Source: a bacterium
GTDB taxonomy: Bacteria; Bdellovibrionota_C; UBA2361; OMII01
Direction: 5' to 3'
Assembly (NCBI GenBank): GCA_017853605.1
Contig: JAFMJG010000003.1
Coordinates: 1 to 50,758, forward strand
Length of the DNA stretch: 50,758 nt
The notes under the pieces are model-generated. The model was not told where the DNA came from and made no database searches. It worked only from the letters and a program-made list of their open reading frames with translations. The position numbers and the translations under genes are program-made. How positions within the stretch are numbered: position 1 is the first letter of the stretch; the number at the start of each line of letters is the position of its first letter. Below are positions 28,407 through 37,552 of the stretch, piece after piece.

Positions 28407-29684
28407 ATAGAACGCTTTTTTATCCGACTGATCGCCGTCGTTGCCTGCGTCTTTCCCGCCGCTGCTGAGGGATCGCCCGACACGTACGTGGGCACAGGCT
28501 CCTGCTCGTCATCTACCTGCCACGGCAGCGTGCGCGCCCTGCGGGGATCAAACGTCCTGCAAAACGAGTACTACACCTGGCTGAAGCACGACAAGCACTC
28601 AGGGGCCTTCACGGTGCTCCTCAAGCCTGACGCCCGCCGAATGGCATCGCTGCTTAACCTCGGGGATCCTTCACGCGAGCCCCTCTGTTTACAGTGCCAC
28701 GCCACCTACGTTCCAGACGCCGAGCTGCGCGGCGAGAAGTTTGACATTGAGGACGGGGTCTCGTGCGAGTCGTGCCATGGGGCTGCGGGGCGGTGGCTTG
28801 AGTCGCACGCCGTTGCTGGCGCCACGCATGCGGAGAATCGTGCCCGGGGCCTAACTGACACGGTGTCGCTGACAAGCCGCGCGGCGCTTTGCCTGTCGTG
28901 CCACTACGGGGACGGCGACAAGCGGGTAACGCACGACCTCTACGGAGCCGGACACCCTCGCCTCAGCTTTGAGCTCGACACCTTTGGCGTCATGGAGCCC
29001 AAGCACTGGGTCATAGATGACGATTACCTCAAGCGAAAGGGCCCGTACGTCCCCGTGGCCGCATGGATCATCGGCCAGCAGGCGCTGGCGGAGGGGATCG
29101 TTCGCACCCTCAGCTCGCCTGAGCTTTCGCGCAACGGCATGTTCCCGGAGCTCTCGGTTTTTGACTGCTACTCGTGCCACCACAGCCTCTCTGAGGAGCA
29201 GTGGAAGCGCCGCACCTACGGCGGAAAGCCCGGCCGGCTCGCAGTCAACATAGCTCCGCTCCTCATGATCAGGGAGGCGCTCGTGGCGCTGAACCAGCCG
29301 GATGCGCCGGAGTTTGCAGCCCTCGTATCGACGCTTCATGACTCATACCAGTCTGACGGGGCCCCTCAGGCGCTCGCGCGACTGCAGGCCCTCCTGGCGG
29401 GCAGCGTGGGCGATTTCGCTAGGCGCATGCCGGGAGATGAGGCAGCGTCCCTAGCGATCATGCGGCAGTTGGCTTCCTTCGGCGCACAGGCAGAAGCGCT
29501 AAAGTACGAAGCTGCAGAGCAGATCGGAATGGGCATCCAGGCTGCGATGGCCACCTCGCCCCGCCTTTCAGCGAAGTTTAAGGCTCCGCTAGACAGGCTC
29601 TTTGTCACGCTTGAGAGCGCGCGGAGCTTCAGCCCCGCGAAATTTAAGGAGGCCGCGTCACAGCTCGCCCTTAAGCTTTCCTGA
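28407..29684 (+). CDS. multiheme cytochrome c554-like protein
   Basis: YVGTGSCSSSTCH (CX4CH) plus CLQCH, CESCH, CLSCH, CYSCH; GVSCESCHG motif. An in-frame signal peptide lies upstream of GTG 28488; exact start uncertain. Confidence 0.85.
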   Translation: MERFFIRLIAVVACVFPAAAEGSPDTYVGTGSCSSSTCHGSVRALRGSNVLQNEYYTWLKHDKHSGAFTVLLKPDARRMASLLNLGDPSREPLCLQCHATYVPDAELRGEKFDIEDGVSCESCHGAAGRWLESHAVAGATHAENRARGLTDTVSLTSRAALCLSCHYGDGDKRVTHDLYGAGHPRLSFELDTFGVMEPKHWVIDDDYLKRKGPYVPVAAWIIGQQALAEGIVRTLSSPELSRNGMFPELSVFDCYSCHHSLSEEQWKRRTYGGKPGRLAVNIAPLLMIREALVALNQPDAPEFAALVSTLHDSYQSDGAPQALARLQALLAGSVGDFARRMPGDEAASLAIMRQLASFGAQAEALKYEAAEQIGMGIQAAMATSPRLSAKFKAPLDRLFVTLESARSFSPAKFKEAASQLALKLS

Positions 29685-29689
29685 TCATC

Positions 29690-31006
29690 CTACAGCTGCT
29701 CCGGGGCCAGGGCCCTGTCGGGCAGCGGGGTGAGGCACCCAACCCAGCCCCAAAAGATGCGGAAGCTTGGGCTCGTCTCAGGCGTGAAGTCAAAGTAGGA
29801 GAGGCTAGAGCCGCTCACAAGGATTCTCCCGTCCTCGAGCGCCTGCGCGCTCGAAAGCTGGTCTGACACTGCCAATACCTCGCCAGCGTGCCAACCTATC
29901 CCCTCAACGCGGCGAAGGACGTGGAGCGAATGTCCGGCCTGAACGAGGATCTGCCTGCCCATGAGCGGCTGAAGGCCTCCGATGCTGCGCCCCGCGCCGA
30001 TGCCGGCGGTAGAGCTGATGCCCCACGACCCATCCTCGCTGCGCTGCCAAAACACGATCGTTCCTGAGTTGTCAGGGGCCGCTATCGCTATCGTTCCATC
30101 CGGCAGGACAGAACAGGCGCTGCCAGGCTGCCACACCGGAGTGACACTCTCTGGCACCGTGGTGCGCCCGTCGAGGCGCCAAACCTCCAGGCCCCGCGCC
30201 GCACACGCCGTCAGCACCCGCCCCCTTCCTGCATAGCGCACGAGCTCTATGCCAGTCAGGCCGATCAGCGGCTCTGCCTGAAAGCCCCCCTCAGCGCGGG
30301 GGACCATGCGGAAGATCTCCCGCTCTCCCCCTCCCGCTAAGACGGACCCATCGATGGCAACATCAAACGTGACTATGCCCAGCTCGTCCGTGATTGTGAC
30401 TGGGGCCGCACCGTCGGCGGCGCGCCCCCTGGTCAGCACCAGCCTTGCGATCTGGGCCAGCGGCGTCGGGCTCGTTGTGGGCGCCCCAAGCTCAGGAACT
30501 ACGGAGCCTCCCGCAGGGTAGCGCACAATCCTTCCCATATCGCCGGTTCCAAGCGCGCCACTTCGGGCGCGCTCACTGATAACCTCACGTGACCATGAAC
30601 CGTCAGCTTGCTCTGTGGCAGCCTCAACACACCCACGATTGTTCCAGATTATGACCCCAGGAGACTCATGGCTCGCGAACATCCCAATGCTGCTGCCCCA
30701 CCGCCACGCTGGCGCCGCCGCGGAATCGATGCTACCCCCGAAGAAAAGCTGCTTCATCGAGTATTCCTGCCCATGGCGAATCGGGGCTCCTTGGCTGCAG
30801 AGGAATCGCTCTTCGCCCGCAATCGCCTCCAGCTCCTCCGTGAGCCCCTTGCAGAGCCTGGCGATCTCGGCCGCTGGCTGCTGCTCAAGCTTTGCAGAGA
30901 TCTCCCGCCTGACCTGCTCAACTGCCCCGCCGCACCACAAGGCAGACAGAGCTCCAGCTTCCTGTGTAGCGTCCTGTTGCGGAGCTCCGCTTGGCCCCAT
31001 ATACAT
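29690..31006 (-). CDS. hypothetical protein, WD40-like beta-propeller
   Basis: Repeated blade-like segments (VAIDGSVLAGG, LPDGTIAIA..IVFW, LEDGRILVSG); start 31006 or 31000. Confidence 0.55.
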   Translation of the reverse strand: MYMGPSGAPQQDATQEAGALSALWCGGAVEQVRREISAKLEQQPAAEIARLCKGLTEELEAIAGEERFLCSQGAPIRHGQEYSMKQLFFGGSIDSAAAPAWRWGSSIGMFASHESPGVIIWNNRGCVEAATEQADGSWSREVISERARSGALGTGDMGRIVRYPAGGSVVPELGAPTTSPTPLAQIARLVLTRGRAADGAAPVTITDELGIVTFDVAIDGSVLAGGGEREIFRMVPRAEGGFQAEPLIGLTGIELVRYAGRGRVLTACAARGLEVWRLDGRTTVPESVTPVWQPGSACSVLPDGTIAIAAPDNSGTIVFWQRSEDGSWGISSTAGIGAGRSIGGLQPLMGRQILVQAGHSLHVLRRVEGIGWHAGEVLAVSDQLSSAQALEDGRILVSGSSLSYFDFTPETSPSFRIFWGWVGCLTPLPDRALAPEQL

Positions 31007-31211
31007 ACCTCGCGCGGGAGCCGCTTATGCGGCTCCGTTTAGGCAACCCTGCGAGAGGATACCCCAGGTGGCGGGCGCTCTTAAACTCCCCGAGCGCCTC
31101 CTGAACCCCCATCCACCTTTGACCTCTGAATAGCACCCCACACCCCTGTGCCGATTGCCCCCATCCGGCTGCTTGCCGGGGATAGGGGCTGCCAACCCTA
31201 GGGCTGCAGCG

Positions 31212-34160
31212 CTAGTTAAGGAGCGCTAGCTTGCGCTGCTCATCAGCAGAGAACGCTACCCCGGCAACGCGCGCCAGCATCTGGGCTTGGCTTAGGTCCC
31301 TGAGCGGCAGCCTGTCTGACTGAATGCGCAGGAACTCCTCGCGTGCCTCCGGAAAAAAGCCGCTGGCCGCCAGGGTCATTACAAGCCGCCCGCGGCAGTC
31401 TGCGCTCTCAGCGCGCATATCCCTAAAACACGGCGCCGCATACGCCCTAATCCTCGCAGCATCGAGCGCCAACAGGGGCGCCCCGTACTCAGCGATCCAG
31501 TCAAGCCCCAGCGAAGCTTCCTCAACTCCCACAGCCGGCACAACCGCCTGGCTCGAGCCCGGGGCGAGCGAGAGGAAGAGGTCCTTAACCGGCTGCGTCA
31601 CCGTCTTGTTCGGGGGGATCTCTCCCCGAACTACCATCGCCACGAGCGCCTGCCGGCAGAGCTGCGTCTGCTGGCTCCACGAGCTGTCAGCGCTCGTGTT
31701 GCCGGCTGAGCAGTGAAGCAGCGCCAATGACCGCAGCTTGTCCGCCTCCGCCTCACTGCCGTACGCAATGCCCATGAGGGTCCTGGGAAACGCGCGCCGT
31801 GAGTAACCACGGTGCTCTGGAAGCATCGAGAACCGTGCCGCATCCACAGAGGCCTCCGAAAAGAAGTCTCGCCCAGCCCGGTATGAGAGCGTTGGGTGCC
31901 CCAGCGTTTGGAGCGGCGCGCCGCCTAGCCCCTCCCAAGGCATCGGGACTTCGCGCGCCAGGAGGTCTTTTGGCGCGCTCACGCCGACATCTGAGAGATC
32001 GTCGCGGATTGCATCACGCCCGAACCTCTCTCTCATGCGCTTGAGCGACTGCGCATCGAGGGGCTCCTTAGAGCCGATGAGCACAACATCGCTGTCGCGC
32101 TCAAACAGGTGCACGTTCGGGAAGGAGGCATGGAACGTTTTCAGGACGAGGGCCATAGTGTCCTGCGAAATCGAGTACGTGTGAAACCACTGGGCGTAGA
32201 TCCCTCCGGGAGCAAGCTTGTCCCGGGCGATGTCGAAGAACTCCTTCGAGTAGAGCCGCTCCACTCCGCCAACCCACGGGTTGCTCGGCTCAGAGGCGAT
32301 GATCGCGTAGCCGTCCCGGCTCTCCAGAAGAAACCGGTACGCGTCCCCAAGGTGCCAGGAGATCTTTGGGCTCCGGGATGCGCCGGAGTTCTCGCCATCA
32401 AAGAGGGGCGAGAAGCGCCGCACCGCCGGCGATATCTCCAGTATGTCGATGCGGTCAACCTCATCGTACTTGGCAAGGGATCCCACCGTGATGCCAGTTC
32501 CAAAGCCAACAACCGCAGCGCGCCTGCTCGACGAGGACTGCAGGAGCCCAGGAAGGTGCGCCATCAGCTTCGTGGTAATCCTGTCGCCCGAGCGGGTGCT
32601 GCCGTCTGACTTTCCGTTCACGAGTATCGAGCGCGACCCGTCGCTAGACTCCATCACGGCAACTGTTGTGTTGGGGTCGTCCTTATACGCGAGGATGTCT
32701 TGGGAGCCCATAAATGTGCCGTAGAAGGCGGCGAATCCGCTGTAGCTCTCATCGAGCGCCTTGGTCAGGCGGAAGGTGCCTCGGGCAAATGCGTACTCGG
32801 GCCACGGCATGGCGACCAGAGGGAAGAAGGCTGCTGCCACAGCGCTGGCCCGCATCGCTGAGAACCCCCTCCCGGGCTCCCGCCAAGCGATGGCGAGGAG
32901 CACAAGCCCTGCAGCAACAACACAGCCCAGCAGCACCTCTGCAAGGTTGAGCACGTAGAGCGAGAGGTAGCCGCCAAGGATCGCGCCGACAACGCAGCCA
33001 GCGGTGTTTGCGCCGTACACGAGCCCAACGCGGCGCCCCAGCGACTCCCGGCGATCCCTGCTCTCGCGAAAGAGGATCGGAAGCATGGCGCCAATGCACC
33101 CCACAGGCAGCAGTATTAGCAAGCATAGGGCGACAAAAGCCGCCGCGTTGTACAGCCAGAAGCTGGGGCCAACCGAGGTGAAGAGCGTGCGCAGCATGTG
33201 GCTTCCGTAAGGAAGAAAGGGGGCGGCGAGGTAGATGCCGATGAGGCCTGCCACGATCCCCGCCTGGTTGGCAGCGAGCGAGACCCGCCCGCCGGAGCGC
33301 TCAGCGATTACCCACGCCCCTAGGGCCAGCACGAGGATAAAGGCGCTCAGCACCATCGCAAAGGTGTACACCGACGCACCGAGGGCGAGCGCCGTAATCC
33401 GCAACAGGACCGTCTGCAGCGTGATGGAGATGAAGCCGCCAGCGCACGCAAACCCGGCAAGCGCGGCGATGCGCTGCCTAGAAAGGGGCTCGCCCGAGCC
33501 ATCGGCGCCCTCCGCCCCAGGCTGAGCCCTCCCCTCCGACCCGAGGAAGGAGCCGAGCGCGCCGAAGCACGCCCCCGCCCCAAGGTTCAGGGCGCCCATC
33601 ACGAGCATTGTGCGCTCAAGGCCGAGGGAAGGAATAAGCACAAACCCGCCAAAGAGCGCCCCGAGAAAGGCGCCAAGCGTGTTGACGATGTATATTTTGG
33701 CGTGAAACGGGGCTGCATCCTCAACGCCAAGCGAGAGCCCGTGAGTCAGGAGCGGAAGCGAGGCGCCCATCATGACCGTAGGGGCGCCGATGAGCAGAAC
33801 CGCAATGACGATGTCAGCGAAGAGCGAGCCCTCGAAGGAATGGTGCTCAAAGTGAAGCCGCCACAACACGCGCTCAAGGAGCGGAAAAAGAAGGGCCCAG
33901 GCGCCGATCAGGCCCTCAAGGAGAGCGCACCCCATCACAGACTGGCGCGGTGATCGTCCTGCTGAGCAGCGGCCGAAGAGGGCGTAGCCCGCAGCAAGCC
34001 CTCCGAGAAACGTTGCGACTATCAGCGCTGCAGAGCGCGCTTGGCTGCCGAGCAGATTCGCTAGGTAGTATTGCCAAGTCACCTCGTACACGAGCGCTGT
34101 GAAGCCCGTGATCACCGTTAGGGCCAACGCCGAAACCCGCACTGCCGAGATAGCCTTCAT
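31212..34160 (-). CDS. fused multi-TM / spermidine synthase-like SAM-dependent protein
   Basis: About 12 TM helices (GFTALVYEVTW, YIVNTLGA, YGANTAG) then VNGKSDG, VVGFGTG, LEISPAV, GDAYRFL, SEPSNPW; AAGGAG RBS before ATG 34160. Confidence 0.88.
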   Translation of the reverse strand: MKAISAVRVSALALTVITGFTALVYEVTWQYYLANLLGSQARSAALIVATFLGGLAAGYALFGRCSAGRSPRQSVMGCALLEGLIGAWALLFPLLERVLWRLHFEHHSFEGSLFADIVIAVLLIGAPTVMMGASLPLLTHGLSLGVEDAAPFHAKIYIVNTLGAFLGALFGGFVLIPSLGLERTMLVMGALNLGAGACFGALGSFLGSEGRAQPGAEGADGSGEPLSRQRIAALAGFACAGGFISITLQTVLLRITALALGASVYTFAMVLSAFILVLALGAWVIAERSGGRVSLAANQAGIVAGLIGIYLAAPFLPYGSHMLRTLFTSVGPSFWLYNAAAFVALCLLILLPVGCIGAMLPILFRESRDRRESLGRRVGLVYGANTAGCVVGAILGGYLSLYVLNLAEVLLGCVVAAGLVLLAIAWREPGRGFSAMRASAVAAAFFPLVAMPWPEYAFARGTFRLTKALDESYSGFAAFYGTFMGSQDILAYKDDPNTTVAVMESSDGSRSILVNGKSDGSTRSGDRITTKLMAHLPGLLQSSSSRRAAVVGFGTGITVGSLAKYDEVDRIDILEISPAVRRFSPLFDGENSGASRSPKISWHLGDAYRFLLESRDGYAIIASEPSNPWVGGVERLYSKEFFDIARDKLAPGGIYAQWFHTYSISQDTMALVLKTFHASFPNVHLFERDSDVVLIGSKEPLDAQSLKRMRERFGRDAIRDDLSDVGVSAPKDLLAREVPMPWEGLGGAPLQTLGHPTLSYRAGRDFFSEASVDAARFSMLPEHRGYSRRAFPRTLMGIAYGSEAEADKLRSLALLHCSAGNTSADSSWSQQTQLCRQALVAMVVRGEIPPNKTVTQPVKDLFLSLAPGSSQAVVPAVGVEEASLGLDWIAEYGAPLLALDAARIRAYAAPCFRDMRAESADCRGRLVMTLAASGFFPEAREEFLRIQSDRLPLRDLSQAQMLARVAGVAFSADEQRKLALLN

Positions 34161-34442
34161 GATGTGCGCTCCTTGCCCTCGGGCCTGCTCCACTAATGCC
34201 CTGTTCGCCTAGCCCTCTCGAGGCAGCTTCCCCTAAGTACCCTGAAAACCACGCTCTCGGAAGCTCCGTACCCGACCGTGTTTACCCCCTTTACCTCTCT
34301 CGATAGAATGCCGAAATACCATGAGTACTGGGGCCGCTTTAGCGGCTGCCAGGCAGGTCGGGAGATGGGGTGATGGCGCTCGCTACGTTGTTGCGGTGCG
34401 GAGCCATACAAATAGGCGACGCTGCGCCGCAAGCGCCATCGG

Positions 34443-35321
34443 GTGCCTGTTGTTCGGGAGAGAATCATGGGGAGAGGATCAGGGCTTGAGCATGTGCCTC
34501 GGCGCCAAGCTGCCGTCAGCGGCGCTGCAGCCGCCCCAGCGCGGGAGACACCAGCATCGATCGCCGCTTTCTCCGACGGCAGCGTCCTCATCACAATTCG
34601 TGACTGCCCGTCCCCCGTGCTCTCCACGCTGCTCAAGGAGTCCCTGGGACTCGTCAAAGGCGTGCCATCCGTTACCCTCGACCTGCGGGGCGTGCCGCGC
34701 CTCACCGATGCCGAGTTTGGTCCCATATTCAACCGGGTGTCGAAGGGCAAAACAGCCCTCATCATTAACTCAGAGATCCGCCGCAACCTCGAGGAGAACC
34801 ACACCTTCTCGCTCGTGACCCGCCATACCGGAGGCCGGCTTGAGCTCCACACCGTCTTCGCCGAGGCCACACATGGGCAGCGCGATGAGGCAAGAAGCGC
34901 CGCCCTGGAGGGAGCACTGCAAGAGAGGCTCAGCCCTCATGCAGTTTCCACGCTCGATCTCGCCGAGGCCCGCGCGCCACAGGCGCAGGAGGCTCCAGCG
35001 CTTTCGGTTGACGACACCCCACAGCGCTTCACGCTGAGGCTCCTCGCCCTGCCAGACTCCTCGGATGGAGGCGGCGCGTGGCTGCGCGCGCTCAAGGATC
35101 TTCCACTCGATAATCGCCCCGTTGTGATCGATCTGCGCTCTATCGAAGCTAACCTCAGTGACGTTGCCGGCTATCTTATGGTGGCCGGCAAGGAGCGACA
35201 GAGAGCCGGGGGGGCGCCACTTGAAGTTTGGCTTGCCCCGTCGGCAAAGCGAATCGAGCAGCTGCTGTCGAGGCATGCCGCGGAATTTGGGCTGTTCATA
35301 TCGAGCCCCCGGGACCCCTAG
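34443..35321 (+). CDS. hypothetical protein with two degenerate STAS-like segments
   Basis: VTLDLRGVPRL and PVVIDLRSIE...VAGYLM resemble the STAS core; start uncertain (34443 or 34467). Confidence 0.5.
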   Translation: MPVVRERIMGRGSGLEHVPRRQAAVSGAAAAPARETPASIAAFSDGSVLITIRDCPSPVLSTLLKESLGLVKGVPSVTLDLRGVPRLTDAEFGPIFNRVSKGKTALIINSEIRRNLEENHTFSLVTRHTGGRLELHTVFAEATHGQRDEARSAALEGALQERLSPHAVSTLDLAEARAPQAQEAPALSVDDTPQRFTLRLLALPDSSDGGGAWLRALKDLPLDNRPVVIDLRSIEANLSDVAGYLMVAGKERQRAGGAPLEVWLAPSAKRIEQLLSRHAAEFGLFISSPRDP

Positions 35322-35449
35322 CAGCCGCCTGTTCCCATGCAGATCAGCATGTTGCCCCCTTTGCCCCCGAAATCACTGCCGAGCCTAAGGCACTCCCCTA
35401 CTCGAGCCGACCATACCCCGTAATAGGTGTTCGCCTGGAGGCCCTGCGT

Positions 35450-35911
35450 ATGAACAACTCCCCCACTGGCCTGAGTGCTGAGGCGCTCTTCGCCCAGATG
35501 CAGTCGCTTCAGCAGCGGCGAACCGTGCAACGGAACAAGCAAGAGCTCTCGCTTGCAACTGCGATCGTTCTCCTTGAAATTGCCTCGTCAGACAGCAGGG
35601 TTGACCGCTTTGAGCAGTCGGTGATTCACCATGGGATAAAGGCCCTCTTTGACGTGTCCGACCAGACAACGGCCAGCATCCTGGCTAAGGCGCGTGCACA
35701 CCTGAGCAACATGCGCAGCAGCTCTGCTGAAGCGTCAGTGCTCAAGGAGATGCTCGACTCCGCCACGAAGCGCGCGATGGGAAGTATTATGGACAACCTT
35801 ATCAGGTGCAACGGCGTGGTCGACGGCATGGAGCTGTACCTGCGCAAGCGGTTCAGAGACTTAATCGGGCTCCCTGACGAGCCTCTCGCTCCCCCCTCTC
35901 CCGAAGAGTAG
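35450..35911 (+). CDS. TerB-family protein
   Basis: LATAIVLLEIASSDSRVDRFE and LIRCNGVVDGME..L..FRDLIG; GGAGG RBS before ATG 35450. Confidence 0.75.
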   Translation: MNNSPTGLSAEALFAQMQSLQQRRTVQRNKQELSLATAIVLLEIASSDSRVDRFEQSVIHHGIKALFDVSDQTTASILAKARAHLSNMRSSSAEASVLKEMLDSATKRAMGSIMDNLIRCNGVVDGMELYLRKRFRDLIGLPDEPLAPPSPEE

Positions 35912-36015
35912 CGCCCGCACTCCGCCGGCCCGCCCCTGCCCGCTCCCTCCTGCTGGGCGCTTACGCCCGCACCGGAGTGATTCTGCGAGCAGGCCGATAT
36001 TTCAGCGCCAAAACC

Positions 36016-36042
36016 TTCAGCGCCGCTCCGAAGCGCCGAAAA
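36016..36042 (+). promoter_or_regulatory. putative sigma28 (FliA) promoter
   Basis: TTCAG-N14-GCCGAAAA about 220 nt upstream of the flagellin; a second GCCGATAT at 35993 has no -35. Confidence 0.45.
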
Positions 36043-36054
36043 CAATTACTAGGA

Positions 36055-36252
36055 GGTAATGGGCTCGCGTGTCCTGTTTGGCACGCCATGAGGAGCAGCG
36101 CTTGTGCTTCAGCGCACTTATCTGGTTCCTGCGCGGCGGCACAAGCCATTACCGTTGGGCGAGGTGCCCCCTGGACGCGCTGCGTTCACGGAGTTGGCAT
36201 CGAGTGTGTTGCGTGAATCGGCCCTGGCCGGGGGCGCCTCGCCTATTTTTTT
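36055..36252 (+). ncRNA. candidate structured RNA (flagellin 5' leader or sRNA)
   Basis: Stems 36055-62/36146-53, 36067-73/36080-86, 36091-96/36125-30, 36098-102/36111-15, and a 16-bp stem 36156-71/36230-45 followed by T7. Confidence 0.45.
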
Positions 36253-36260
36253 GTTGACGT

Positions 36261-37082
36261 ATGCCAAAGCTTGGTTCGCTGTCGAACGACATTGGAGGGC
36301 TAAACAACCTCAACAAGGTGCTGTCAGAGCTCTCTGACTCGTACGGGAAGCTCTCGTCCGGCAAGCGGATCACGAAAGCCTCAGACGACGCAGCAGCGCT
36401 CTCTATCGCCGCCCAGCTCGAGTCGTCCCTCGGGGCCTTGGGCCAGGCCTCCCGCAACGTGCGGGATGCTGGCTCGGCGCTCGCGATCGCAGATGGGGCT
36501 GTCGCGCAGATCCAGGAGATCTCGGGGCGCCTCGAGGAGCTGGCGGTGCAGTCAGCCAACGGCACCTACTCTGACCAGCAACGGGCTGCCATCAAGGCAG
36601 AGTACGACTCGCTCGCCCAAGAGGTGGGCCGCATCGCCGGAAGCACCGAATTCAACGGAGTAAAGCTCCTTGATGGCTCACAGCTCTCGATTCAGGTGGG
36701 CACGGGGAGCGGCGCCGAGTCACAGCTCGCGGTCGGTGGCGCAAACATCTCGGCGCTGGTCTCGCAAGTGTCATCGCAGAATATCGGCACCCAGGGCGGC
36801 GCCCAGGCAGCGATCGGCGCCATCCAGCAGTTCTCGCAGAGCCTCGGGGCCGTTCGCACCAAGTCATTCGGCGCGTCACAGGCGCGCCTCGACACCATTG
36901 AGCAGAATATCGGGTCGCAGCGCATCGGGGAGGCCGAAGCCTTCTCGCGCATCGTTGACCTGGACTACGCCTCGCAGGCCGCATACCACACCAATAAGCA
37001 GATTCAGGCGTCCAACAGCGTTGCGCTCCTCGCGCATGGCAAGAGGCTCAACGGCTCAGTGCTGCAGCTGCTCGGCTTCTAG
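36261..37082 (+). CDS. fliC: minimal flagellin (D0/D1 only)
   Basis: KLSSGKRITKASDDAAALSIA, RLEELAVQSANGTYS, TEFNGVKLLDG, IQVG, SRIVDLDYA, VLQLL. Confidence 0.9.
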   Translation: MPKLGSLSNDIGGLNNLNKVLSELSDSYGKLSSGKRITKASDDAAALSIAAQLESSLGALGQASRNVRDAGSALAIADGAVAQIQEISGRLEELAVQSANGTYSDQQRAAIKAEYDSLAQEVGRIAGSTEFNGVKLLDGSQLSIQVGTGSGAESQLAVGGANISALVSQVSSQNIGTQGGAQAAIGAIQQFSQSLGAVRTKSFGASQARLDTIEQNIGSQRIGEAEAFSRIVDLDYASQAAYHTNKQIQASNSVALLAHGKRLNGSVLQLLGF

Positions 37083-37129
37083 CCGTCCCGCCGGGGAAAC
37101 TTTGGCCCCACGCTGCCGAACAGCGGGCC

Positions 37130-37552
37130 ATGAGCACAAATCGGGGCTTCTCCCTCGCGGAACTTGTGGTGTGCATGGCGCTCTCCGGCCTGATCCTCTC
37201 AGCCGCTCTCGCCACCCTTCCAGCGGTCCTCCGCCAAGACCGCGCATGCGGAGAAGCCAAGAGGCTGCAGCTCCTCATTGAGAGGGCCCGCACAGCTAGC
37301 CTTGCCTCATCGCTCCCCGTGACCGTAGAGCTGCGCCCGGGGGAGGCGCTGCTGCGGACCCCCGGAGGGGACGAGGTGGAGCGGCTGCTGCTGCGCAAGG
37401 GGCTTGCCCTCACAACGACGGGCAACGTTGAAGGCTCGCTGACGCTCTTTCCGAGCCACACTGCCACGCCAGCAACGATCACGTTGCAGCTCAACGGCGC
37501 CTCCGCCACTGTCGTTGTCTCGCTCCGCGGCCGCACGAGGGTGGCATGCTGA
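37130..37552 (+). CDS. FimT/GspH-like minor pilin
   Basis: Class III signal NRG|FSLAELVV; ARTAS and terminal GRTRV typical of the family. Confidence 0.82.
   Translation: MSTNRGFSLAELVVCMALSGLILSAALATLPAVLRQDRACGEAKRLQLLIERARTASLASSLPVTVELRPGEALLRTPGGDEVERLLLRKGLALTTTGNVEGSLTLFPSHTATPATITLQLNGASATVVVSLRGRTRVAC

Noticed and set aside
34193-34870. Long alternative ORFs (34193-34870 minus, 34321-34818 plus) and similar shadow ORFs throughout the window
   Set aside because: Arg/Ser/Pro-rich off-frame products expected in high-GC DNA; they overlap better-supported genes.
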